Virus record (IMG/VR): IMGVR_UViG_3300035422_000155 | From: an uncultured virus (IMG/VR IMGVR_UViG_3300035422_000155) | Taxonomy: Duplodnaviria > Heunggongvirae > Uroviricota > Caudoviricetes | DNA: 64,000 bases | Reading direction: 5' to 3' (one strand) | Shown: positions 38,332 to 47,500 of the stretch, piece by piece | Layout of the letters: every line of letters begins with the position of its first letter | Position numbering within the stretch: position 1 is the first letter of the stretch | Made by a program: the position numbers and the translations under genes | Notes under the pieces: model-generated | The model's input: the letters and a program-made list of their open reading frames with translations, nothing else | Database searches by the model: none | What the model was told of the DNA's origin: nothing

Positions 38332-39102
38332 ATGAACACAAAACCACTGTCTAAGGCTCTCCGAAACATGGAAGATGCTCTTAGAAAGCACAGTCCGGAG
38401 ATACTTACCGGGATTGGCATTGCCGGGATGATTACAACAACAGTTCTGGCAGTACGGGCAACACCCAAAGCTCTGATTTGTATTGAGGATAAGAAAGAAG
38501 AACTCGAAACGGAGAAATTGCCGCCGAAAGAGCTTATTCTTGCTACATGGAAATGTTATATTCCGGCAACAGCGATCGGTACGGCATCTGTACTTTGCCT
38601 CATTGGAGCAAGCTCTGTGAATGTCCGTAGAAGAGCCGCATTGGCGACTGCATATAGCCTGTCAGAATCGGCATTCCGGGAGTATCAGGAAAAAGTCGTT
38701 GAGGCTATAGGCGAAAAGAAGGAAGAATCAATACGGGACTCAGTTGCCAAAGAAAAGATTGAGCAACATCCCGTAAGCACGCAGCAGGTCATTATCACGG
38801 AAAGAGGTAATACCCTTTGTTACGACTCTGCATCCGGAAGATATTTCAAGTCAGACATGGAGAAGCTGAAAAAAGCTGAGAATGAGTTGAATCGGCGGAT
38901 GCGGGATGAGATGTTTATATCCTGGAATGACTTTAACTACGAGGTAGGTCTGCCGCATATGAGTATGGGCGATGACCTTGGCTGGAATATCGATACTGGA
39001 TATTTGGAACTGCGGTTCAGTTCACAGATTGCTGATGACGGGACGCCTTGTCTGGTGATCGACTACCATGTAGAACCCAGATACGATTTCCGTAACGGCT
39101 AA
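38332..39102 (+). CDS. DUF6353-like phage protein, paralog 2
   Basis: HSPEILTGIGIAG..AVRATPKA; CYDSASGRYF. Confidence 0.65.
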   Translation: MNTKPLSKALRNMEDALRKHSPEILTGIGIAGMITTTVLAVRATPKALICIEDKKEELETEKLPPKELILATWKCYIPATAIGTASVLCLIGASSVNVRRRAALATAYSLSESAFREYQEKVVEAIGEKKEESIRDSVAKEKIEQHPVSTQQVIITERGNTLCYDSASGRYFKSDMEKLKKAENELNRRMRDEMFISWNDFNYEVGLPHMSMGDDLGWNIDTGYLELRFSSQIADDGTPCLVIDYHVEPRYDFRNG

Positions 39103-39174
39103 AAATTCGCAGATTTTACAAGCACTTTAATGGAGAGAACCACTAATTTTTCTTAACACGAAAGGAGAACAAAA

Positions 39175-39459
39175 ATGGAACCTAATGAAATGATGGTTAA
39201 TGAAGAGGTAGTTGAAACAGCAACAGAGGCAACCGAGGAGATCGTGAAGAAGAGTTCTGGCAAAGGATTCAAGATCGTAGCCGGTGTTGGTCTGGCAATC
39301 GTGGTTGGCGGGTTAGCCGTTAAGTACGTTATCATTCCGACAGCGAACAAGATCAAGGCGAAGAAGCAGCAGAACTCTGCTCCGATTGACGTGGAGGCAG
39401 AGGTAGTTGACGAGGACAGCACCGAACCGGAAACCGAAGAAGAGGATTCCGAGGAGTAA
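39175..39459 (+). CDS. Single-TM protein with acidic termini (cassette gene)
   Basis: Motif upstream, TAACA hairpin downstream. Confidence 0.65.
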   Translation: MEPNEMMVNEEVVETATEATEEIVKKSSGKGFKIVAGVGLAIVVGGLAVKYVIIPTANKIKAKKQQNSAPIDVEAEVVDEDSTEPETEEEDSEE

Positions 39460-39557
39460 TTAAAAACGGAATAAGGAAATAGTCGTTCTGGCTAAGGGAA
39501 AGTATCTGTAACAAGGTGCTTTCCCTTTTGTTGTTTGGAACGGACTGGAGGTGTTTT

Positions 39558-39746
39558 ATGAACAGATACAGTTATAAGGGTCCTGTCATGGAATTTGAAC
39601 AGTGCGTTTCAAATAACTGGGAAGGAACCACTTACGCCTCGTCTGAGAAGAAAGCAAGGAGTAATCTGGCTTATCAGTATAAGAGGCAATTCAATAAAAT
39701 AGCCGCAACAAGAATAACTCTTCCGGGAAAACTGGTGAAAGTATAG
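39558..39746 (+). CDS. Phage hypothetical protein
   Basis: GGAGG RBS, 62 aa. Confidence 0.6.
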   Translation: MNRYSYKGPVMEFEQCVSNNWEGTTYASSEKKARSNLAYQYKRQFNKIAATRITLPGKLVKV

Positions 39747-39760
39747 AAAGGAGAAAAACC

Positions 39761-40315
39761 ATGAGCAAAACTGATTGTGATTGGGTATTTGGTTTTGGGA
39801 TGATGGTAGTCGGTCTTGTTGGACTTGGCTACGGGATCGGCGTCCATTGTAAGATGAAAAAGCTTTGTGAGAAGTTGGATATAACGATTGAGGATTTATC
39901 GAATGACGTTCCCATTGATATTCCGAAGGAAGTCATTGATCAGGCAGTGGAAAGAGCTGCTGAGAGGCGTGCCCGTTATGCTGTGGATAATGCAGCGGCA
40001 GATGTTATCAACAAGATCAAGACCGACATTCACAGCGAGGTTTCTTCTGCTGTATCGGATGAGCGAAAGAAAATTTCGGAACAGGTCACAGATAAGATTG
40101 CAGAGAAAGTGTCCAAGATTGACGAAGATGAATTGCGCAAGGATGTTGTCAACAAGGCAAAGGAGCAAATTGCCGCAAAATTTGACAATAAGCTCGATGA
40201 TATTCTGGAGGACTTCAACTCGAACCTCAGTAACGTTTCGAGGATTTACAGATCTATTGCGCAGACTATCGCCGGGACACAGAATGCGAGAGATGTGATG
40301 TTTAAGATGGTATAG
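39761..40315 (+). CDS. Membrane-anchored coiled-coil phage protein
   Basis: N-terminal TM segment; helical body. Confidence 0.65.
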   Translation: MSKTDCDWVFGFGMMVVGLVGLGYGIGVHCKMKKLCEKLDITIEDLSNDVPIDIPKEVIDQAVERAAERRARYAVDNAAADVINKIKTDIHSEVSSAVSDERKKISEQVTDKIAEKVSKIDEDELRKDVVNKAKEQIAAKFDNKLDDILEDFNSNLSNVSRIYRSIAQTIAGTQNARDVMFKMV

Positions 40316-40323
40316 GAAGGAGA

Positions 40324-40959
40324 ATGACAATGGAAGAATACGGAGGGAACTCTCACAAAATGAAGGATGAGCAGAAGGCTCTCCCCGACAAATCATCAGA
40401 AAAAAAGAAAGCTGAAAAGGTTATCAGCGGTGCTGCTAAGCCTAAGAAGAAAGGCGAGATACAGAAGTTTGCTGATGTCTTCATTTCGGAAGATGTCGGA
40501 AACGTGAAATCTTATATTTTCATGGAGGTGCTTGTGCCGGCGGTAAAGAAAGCAATCTCGGACATCGTGACGAATGGCGTTGATATGATTCTTTACGGAG
40601 AAACCAGGCAGAAGAAAAACTCTAACACAACGAAGGTTTCTTATGGGAAGTATTACGGGAACGGCGGAGATCAGGAGCGTCGGAGCAGCAGTTACCGACA
40701 GTCGGGGCGGACGGGTTTTGATTATGATGACATTATATTTGAAACCCGTGGCGATGCAGAGTCGGTTCTGGATGCCATGAACGAGATTATCAGCCAGTAT
40801 GGAGTTGTGAGCGTTGGCGATCTGTACGATCTTGCGGCTGTATCTACCGATAACTTTGCGGTGAATAAGTACGGCTGGACGGATATTGCCGGGTGCAAGG
40901 CAGTGAGGGTACGTGACGGTTATATTCTTAAACTGCCGAAAGCATACCCGCTGAATTAA
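40324..40959 (+). CDS. Phage hypothetical protein
   Basis: 211 aa; YGVVSVGDLYD..KYGW. Confidence 0.7.
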   Translation: MTMEEYGGNSHKMKDEQKALPDKSSEKKKAEKVISGAAKPKKKGEIQKFADVFISEDVGNVKSYIFMEVLVPAVKKAISDIVTNGVDMILYGETRQKKNSNTTKVSYGKYYGNGGDQERRSSSYRQSGRTGFDYDDIIFETRGDAESVLDAMNEIISQYGVVSVGDLYDLAAVSTDNFAVNKYGWTDIAGCKAVRVRDGYILKLPKAYPLN

Positions 40960-40973
40960 GGAGGAAATGTGTA

Positions 40974-41267
40974 ATGGCTGAAACAATATTAAGGCGTGAT
41001 CAGATTTTGGATACCGCCAAGACCATCATCAATGGGGAACGTGAGGGTACATACGGAAAGGCAGAGAACAGCTTTGCTTCTATCGGTGCATTGTGGAGTG
41101 CGTATCTGAAGCACGAAGTCACTCCTACGGACGTCGCCAACATGATGGTCTTGATGAAGGTAGCTCGTAATATATCCGGTGTCTACAAGGAAGACAACTG
41201 GATTGATATTTGTGGGTACGCCGCATTAGGCGGAGAAATTCAGGAAAAGGAGAATATGCAGAAATGA
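40974..41267 (+). CDS. DUF6378-like phage protein
   Basis: R..YG..ENSF..I..LWS..MM.LMKVAR..D.WIDI.GYAA. Confidence 0.65.
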   Translation: MAETILRRDQILDTAKTIINGEREGTYGKAENSFASIGALWSAYLKHEVTPTDVANMMVLMKVARNISGVYKEDNWIDICGYAALGGEIQEKENMQK

Positions 41268-42229
41268 AAAAAGAAGAAATCATGAATAAGATGAGCGGAG
41301 TTTTCAGTAATGTCAGCTTCAAGATGAAGAAACACAGCCCGGAGATTCTTATGGTGGCTGGTGTTGCCGGCGTGGTCGTGAGTGCTGTCATGGCGTGCAA
41401 GGCGACTCTTAAAGTCGATGCGATCATGGACGAAACCAAAGAGAAGATGGATAAGGTCCATGAAGCAGAAGAGACCGGAACCACAGAGGCTGGGGAGGAT
41501 TACTCCAAAGAAGATGCGAAGAAGGATACGGTAATTGTGTACGCACAGGCAGGTCTCAAGCTGGCGAAGACTTATGCACCTGCGGTTGCAATCGGGGCTT
41601 TGTCGATCACGAGTATCCTTGCATCGAACAATATTCTTCGTAAGAGAAATGTGGCGCTGGCAGCGGCTTATGCGACAGTTGACAAGAGTTTCAAGGAATA
41701 CCGCAGCCGTGTGATCGAGAAGTTTGGTCAGGAAATTGACCGGGAACTGAAGTACAACATTAAAGCCGAAAAGGTAACGGCTACCGAAGTGGACGAGGAG
41801 ACCGGGAAAGAGAAAAAGGTTAAGAAGAATACCTTTGTCGTGAATCCGTCCGATGTGAGCGGCTATGCCCGGTTCTTTGAGAAATATACGGTCGATGAGG
41901 ATGGAAACTCGATCCTAAATCCCCACTGGGAGCCGAACAACGAATACAACATCATGTTCATCAAGGCACAGGAGAACTATGCGAACGATTTGCTCAGGGC
42001 AAAGAAGCGCCTGTTCCTGAATGATGTGTATGAGATGTTGGGACTGCCCCGCACCAAAGCCGGTCAGGTTGTAGGCTGGATTTATGACAAAGATAAACCT
42101 GTTGGCGACAATTATGTTGATTTCGGACTGTATGCGGACAACCTGAGCTATTCCGATTTTGCAAACGGTCTTGATCCGGCGATTCTGTTAGATTTCAACG
42201 TTGACGGCAACATTTGGGAGATGATGTGA
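41264..42229 (+). CDS. DUF6353-like phage protein, paralog 3
   Basis: KHSPEILMVAG..ACKATLK; FLNDVY..LG; LLDFNVDG. Confidence 0.65.
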   Translation: MKKEEIMNKMSGVFSNVSFKMKKHSPEILMVAGVAGVVVSAVMACKATLKVDAIMDETKEKMDKVHEAEETGTTEAGEDYSKEDAKKDTVIVYAQAGLKLAKTYAPAVAIGALSITSILASNNILRKRNVALAAAYATVDKSFKEYRSRVIEKFGQEIDRELKYNIKAEKVTATEVDEETGKEKKVKKNTFVVNPSDVSGYARFFEKYTVDEDGNSILNPHWEPNNEYNIMFIKAQENYANDLLRAKKRLFLNDVYEMLGLPRTKAGQVVGWIYDKDKPVGDNYVDFGLYADNLSYSDFANGLDPAILLDFNVDGNIWEMM

Positions 42230-42344
42230 AGGAACGGACTCGATGGTATCGGTTCGGGGGATTGGTGCCGGACGATGACTGACTATCCTTGTCTCGGCCC
42301 AAAGGAGATGAGGATAGTCTAATTATATTTGAAGGGAGTTTCAC

Positions 42345-42884
42345 ATGCGTAAAGTAACTATGGTCGCGGCTCTTCTTCTATCGGTTTTGATGTTCTTCCA
42401 TATGGATGTTCCTGTGGAAGATGAAGTTGTGTATGCAAGTGAGGTTACGATAATACATAGTGTGATTCCTGAACCGATATTTGTTGAAGCGTCGCCAATA
42501 ATAACCGAAGAATCATTGAAAGAAGAGGAAGAACTTTTGTCATACGAGGATATTTCGCTGATTGCGCTTGTCACAATGGCAGAAGCTGAGGGCGAATGCG
42601 AAGAGGGGAAACGTCTCGTGATTGATACGATTCTTAATCGTGTGGATTCCGAGCATTTTCCGGATAACGTTTATGACGTTATTTATCAGAGAAGCCAATT
42701 CTCGTCAATCTGGAACGGACGTGTTGATCGGTGTGTAGTAAGAGAAGATATTTGTGAACTTGTGAGGGAAGAATTACAATCCCGCACAAACACTGATGTT
42801 ATATTCTTCACAGCCGGTGAATACAGCAAGTACGGCGTTCCAATGTTTCAAGTAGAAAACCACTATTTTTCAAGCTATGAATGA
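42345..42884 (+). CDS. Cell wall hydrolase (SleB/Hydrolase_2 family)
   Basis: AEAEGE..V..ILNRV..FP..VIYQ..QFS, ..NHYF; N-terminal signal/TM. Confidence 0.85.
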   Translation: MRKVTMVAALLLSVLMFFHMDVPVEDEVVYASEVTIIHSVIPEPIFVEASPIITEESLKEEEELLSYEDISLIALVTMAEAEGECEEGKRLVIDTILNRVDSEHFPDNVYDVIYQRSQFSSIWNGRVDRCVVREDICELVREELQSRTNTDVIFFTAGEYSKYGVPMFQVENHYFSSYE

Positions 42885-42897
42885 AAGGAGAAACATT

Positions 42898-43002
42898 ATG
42901 AGTAATTTTATGTCTGTGTTCGTATCTTATACCCTTGCAGCGTTGGCCGGGGTCTGCTTTGTCGGGGGCGTTGCGCTCTTATCAGATGGCAGGAGGGCAT
43001 GA
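42898..43002 (+). CDS. 34-aa hydrophobic peptide
   Basis: GAAAGGAG RBS; single TM-like segment. Confidence 0.55.
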   Translation: MSNFMSVFVSYTLAALAGVCFVGGVALLSDGRRA

Positions 43003-43003
43003 G

Positions 43004-43168
43004 ATGATGGAAGGATTTGAAAGAACAATCTCAATTTTGGATTATGTGCTGGATACACCGAAGAAAAGGCATATTACAGGAGGTATCCTTTTGAGTGTAT
43101 CTATGCTCTTTACGGGGCTGGCACTTACAGTGATGACGATCAGAAGGGAGGACATGAATGATGAGTAA
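43004..43168 (+). CDS. Small membrane protein
   Basis: AGGAGG RBS; C-terminal TM-like segment. Confidence 0.55.
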   Translation: MMEGFERTISILDYVLDTPKKRHITGGILLSVSMLFTGLALTVMTIRREDMNDE

Positions 43169-43739
43169 AGTAACAGGGCTTATTATATTTGTCCTCGGAG
43201 CTGCAACGGGTTCTGCTGTGACATGGCAGTTTGCGAAAAAGAAATACGAGCGGATTGCCGAGGAAGAGATCAACTCTGTAAAAGAGGTGTTCTCAAAGCG
43301 TGAGCAGGACATGGCAGACGTTGAAATAACCGTGGAGCCTAAGCCGAGCGTAGAAGCAAGTCTGAAGAAGTTTGAGGAGAAGCCTGATATCTCCACCTAT
43401 GCGGGGATATTAAAGAACGAAGCTTATGTACCGGAGGGAACGGAGATGGCAGAAAACAAGCCTTATGTAATCTCGCCGGAAGAATTTGGCGAGTTTGAGG
43501 ATTACGACACAATAAGCCTTACATACTACGCGGATCAGGTTCTGGTGGATGATGGAGGCGACAAGATTGAAGATGTGGATGACGTAGTCGGCATGGAATC
43601 TTTGACCCGTTTTGGCGAGTATGAGGACGACTCTGTCTTTGTGAGAAATGACAGGCTGAGATGCGACTATGAGATCCTCATGGACGAACGGACTTATTCG
43701 GAAGCCCGGAAGGAACGTCCGCATCAGAGGGAGGTATAA
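43158..43739 (+). CDS. Membrane-anchored acidic phage protein
   Basis: N-terminal TM; PYVIS.EEF..LTYY.D..VFVRN. Confidence 0.7.
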   Translation: MMSKVTGLIIFVLGAATGSAVTWQFAKKKYERIAEEEINSVKEVFSKREQDMADVEITVEPKPSVEASLKKFEEKPDISTYAGILKNEAYVPEGTEMAENKPYVISPEEFGEFEDYDTISLTYYADQVLVDDGGDKIEDVDDVVGMESLTRFGEYEDDSVFVRNDRLRCDYEILMDERTYSEARKERPHQREV

Positions 43740-44288
43740 ATGACGAGGAGCGAGCTGAATAACAAGTATTTTAAGTGGATGTGCCAGCTCGTATTGGATC
43801 GGCGATATTCCAAAAGTCTGTCCTATCGTAAACTTTTGCGGTTCCTGAATCGTGTAGACTTTTCCTATACGATTCCTATGGACGGGAACCGGGAAGGCGA
43901 TGGGATAGACTTACGATATCGTTTCGGTTACGAGAATTCATACAAGAGTTCCGAAATCGCAACATATTTGGATAATCGGCCCTGTAGTGTTTTAGAAATG
44001 ATGATCGCCCTCTCCATTCGTTGTGAAGAACATATCATGGACGACCCGGATATCGGTAATAGAACGGGTCAGTGGTTCTGGAACATGATTGTAAATCTCG
44101 GTTTGGGTTCTATGACGGACGCAAAGTTTGATGAAGATTATGCAAACGAAGTGATTGAACGGTTTCTGAATCGGCGATATGCACGGAATGGCGAGGGCGG
44201 TTTGTTCACCGTAGAGCATTGCAGCCGGGATTTACGGACGGTTGAAATCTGGTATCAGATGTGTTGGTACTTGGATAAATTTGTATGA
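43740..44288 (+). CDS. Phage hypothetical protein
   Basis: 182 aa; D.NR..DG..LR, SVLEMM, GGLF, EIWYQM. Confidence 0.7.
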   Translation: MTRSELNNKYFKWMCQLVLDRRYSKSLSYRKLLRFLNRVDFSYTIPMDGNREGDGIDLRYRFGYENSYKSSEIATYLDNRPCSVLEMMIALSIRCEEHIMDDPDIGNRTGQWFWNMIVNLGLGSMTDAKFDEDYANEVIERFLNRRYARNGEGGLFTVEHCSRDLRTVEIWYQMCWYLDKFV

Positions 44289-44303
44289 ATTCGGAGGTAC
44301 TGG

Positions 44304-44513
44304 ATGGCACATGGAGATGTATACAAATGGTTTGAATTATATTTCCCGAATTATGCAGGTGGAAATGTAGAAATATGGTTCCCGAATGGTAAGAACAGTA
44401 TACGGGTGAGGCAGACGAATAAACAGGAATTCATATTCACCTACAACGGGAAAGACGATTGGCGATTTGAAACGGCCAAAAGCTTTATTAAGGAAGGAAA
44501 GGAGAAAAGGTAA
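44304..44513 (+). CDS. Phage hypothetical protein
   Basis: GGAGG RBS. Confidence 0.6.
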   Translation: MAHGDVYKWFELYFPNYAGGNVEIWFPNGKNSIRVRQTNKQEFIFTYNGKDDWRFETAKSFIKEGKEKR

Positions 44514-44517
44514 TGAA

Positions 44518-47500
44518 ATGATCGACTTTTTAACGATTTCGACACGTAGCAAGAAGCGTGGTGTTATAGAAATCTATCCAAAGTTCATTATCAAGAAAAG
44601 CGGCGATCTTATGATAAGAGGCGGTGATTTTTACGCTATCTGGATTGAAGAACGCGGTTTATGGTCTACGGATGAGCAGGATGCATTACAGCTCATCGAC
44701 CGCGAACTGGATAGATATGCTGAAGAAAACCGCCAACGCTTTGACTCCGATATCATTAAAGTCCTGCATATGTGGGACGCTGAGTCCGGCATGATTGATT
44801 CATGGCATAAGTATTGTCAGAAGCAGTTGAGAGATTCCTTCCATATGCTGGATGAAAAACTTATATTTTCAAACACGCCTACGAACAAAAAAGATTACGC
44901 CAGTAAAAAGCTGAACTATCCGCTTGAAGCTGGCGATTTGTCTGCCTACGACAAGCTGATGTCTGTGTTATATTCCGAGGAAGAAAGGCGCAAGATTGAA
45001 TGGGCGATTGGCTCTGTTGTGTCTGGAGATTCAAAGAAATTGCAGAAATTTATGGTCTTGTACGGGGCGGCGGGAACGGGTAAGTCCACTGTCCTTAACA
45101 TTATTCAACAGCTTTTCGAGGGGTACTATTCCGTGTTTGATGCTAAGGCTCTTGGCTCTGCAAGTAATTCGTTTGCACTGGAGGCATTTAAGAGCAATCC
45201 TCTTGTGGCGATTCAACACGATGGCGATTTGTCAAGGATAGAGGATAACACAAGACTGAACAGTCTGGTTTCTCATGAGTTAATGACAGTAAACGAGAAG
45301 TTTAAATCTACCTACGCTAACCGGTTTAAGTGTTTTCTCTTTATGGGTACAAACAAACCTGTAAAGATTACAGACGCGAAATCTGGTCTTATCAGAAGGT
45401 TGATCGACGTTTCTCCGAGCGGGAACAAGCTGAGTCCCAAGGAGTACAAAACTATCGTAAAGCAGGTTGGATTTGAGCTTGGCGCGATTGCGTATCATTG
45501 TCAGGAAATCTATTTGAGTGACCCCGGTATGTTCGATGATTATATCCCGATCAGTATGCTTGGGGCATCGAATGATTTCTACAACTACATCATTGACTCA
45601 TACCATGTGTTCAAAAGAGAGGACGGGACAACACTGAAAGCGGCCTGGGAAATGTATAAGACCTACTGTGATGAGGCGAAGGTTTTATATTCTCTGCCGC
45701 AAAGAGCATTTAAGGAAGAACTCAAGAACTATTTCAGGAACTATGACGAACGGTTTAATATGGATGATGGTTCGAGAGTCCGCAGCTACTATTCTGGGTT
45801 TAGAGCAGACAAATTTGAACCCGAAAAAAATCCGGGAGGTGAAAACGGGAAAACAAAACCAAATTCCTGGTTATCTTTTCACAGTGCGAAAGAATGCACG
45901 AACATATTTGACGAACAGTGCGGAGAATGTCCGGCTCAGTATGCAAGTTCAAAAGAGACCCCTTCAAAAAAATGGGACGATTGCAAGGACCTGCTCTCTG
46001 GCCTTGACACATCAAGACTTCACTATGTCAAAGTCCCGGAGAATCACATAGTTATCGACTTTGATATTCCTGATAAGGACGGCAATAAATCCTTTGAAAA
46101 GAATCTCGAAGCAGCAAGTAAATGGCCGCCGACTTATGCAGAATTGAGCAAGAGCGAAGCCGGAATACATCTTCATTATATTTATACCGGCGATCCAACG
46201 ATGCTGAGTCGAATATACGATGAACATATAGAAGTTAAGGTGTTCAGTGGCAAGAGTTCGCTGAGACGCAAGTTGTCGAAGTGTAATGATTTGCCTATCG
46301 CAACAATTAGCTCTGGTTTACCGATGAAAGGAGAAAACAAAATGGTAAATTTTGAAGCAATCAAAAGCGAGAAAGGGCTTAGAACACTTATTAAGCGTAA
46401 TCTGGAGAAAGAAATACACCCCGGAACTAAGCCCAGTATAGACTTTATCTACAAGATACTGGAGGACGCATACGCCAGTGATCTGAACTATGACGTCACG
46501 GATATGCGGAATGCGGTATTGGCTTTTGCCGCCAGCAGTACCCATCAGGCAGATTACTGTATCAAACTCGTAAATAAGATGCAGTTTAAGTCTGCGGACG
46601 CATCAACAGGCGTTAAGAATGATGAGGCGAAACTTATATTTTACGATGTGGAGGTATTTCCGAACCTGTTCCTTGTAAACTGGAAGATCGAGGGCGAGGG
46701 GAAGCCTGTTGTGCGGATGATTAACCCGACGCCGACCGAGATTGAGGAACTGATGCGGTTCCGGTTGGTTGGTTTTAATTGTCGCCGCTACGATAATCAT
46801 ATATTGTATGCGAGGCTGATGGGATATACGAACGAACAGCTCTACAACTTGTCCCAGAAGATTGTCGGGGCAAAGAAAGGAGCTAACCGGGACTGTTTCT
46901 TTGGCGAGGCATATAACGTGTCTTATACGGACGTTTATGATTTCGCTTCCGCTGGAAACAAGAAGAGTTTGAAAAAGCTGGAAATTGAAATGGGGAACAT
47001 TTCGGTAAAAGAGCTGGAGAAGAAAGGTTTCTCAGAAGAGGAAATCCGTATTATAAAGGCAGGGACGCATCACCAGGAGTTGGGGCTTCCGTGGGATGAA
47101 CCGGTTCCCGAAGAACTTTGGACCAAGGTTGCTGAGTATTGTGATAACGATGTTATTGCAACAGAAGCAGCCTTTGTTTATTTGAAGGCGGATTGGACGG
47201 CAAGACAGATTCTGGCAGACTTGGCAGATATGACGGTAAATGACACAACCAACACGCTCACAACCAGAATTATATTTGGAAATGAGCGGAAACCGCAGGA
47301 TCAGTTCCACTATCGGAATCTTGCAGAGCCGGTATACAACATTGATGCTGAAACTTATAATTTCCTGGCAGAAGCTTGTCCGGAAATGATGCATCAAACG
47401 CACGGTGAGGCAGGAAGCCTTTTGCCATATTTTCCGGGGTATACTTTCGAGAACGGAAAGTCTGTATATCGTGGAGAGGAAGTCGGAGAAGGCGGTTATG

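Noticed and set aside
31113..39133. Motif as a sigma54 promoter
   Set aside because: Lacks the invariant GG, mostly lacks GC, and spacing is one base shorter
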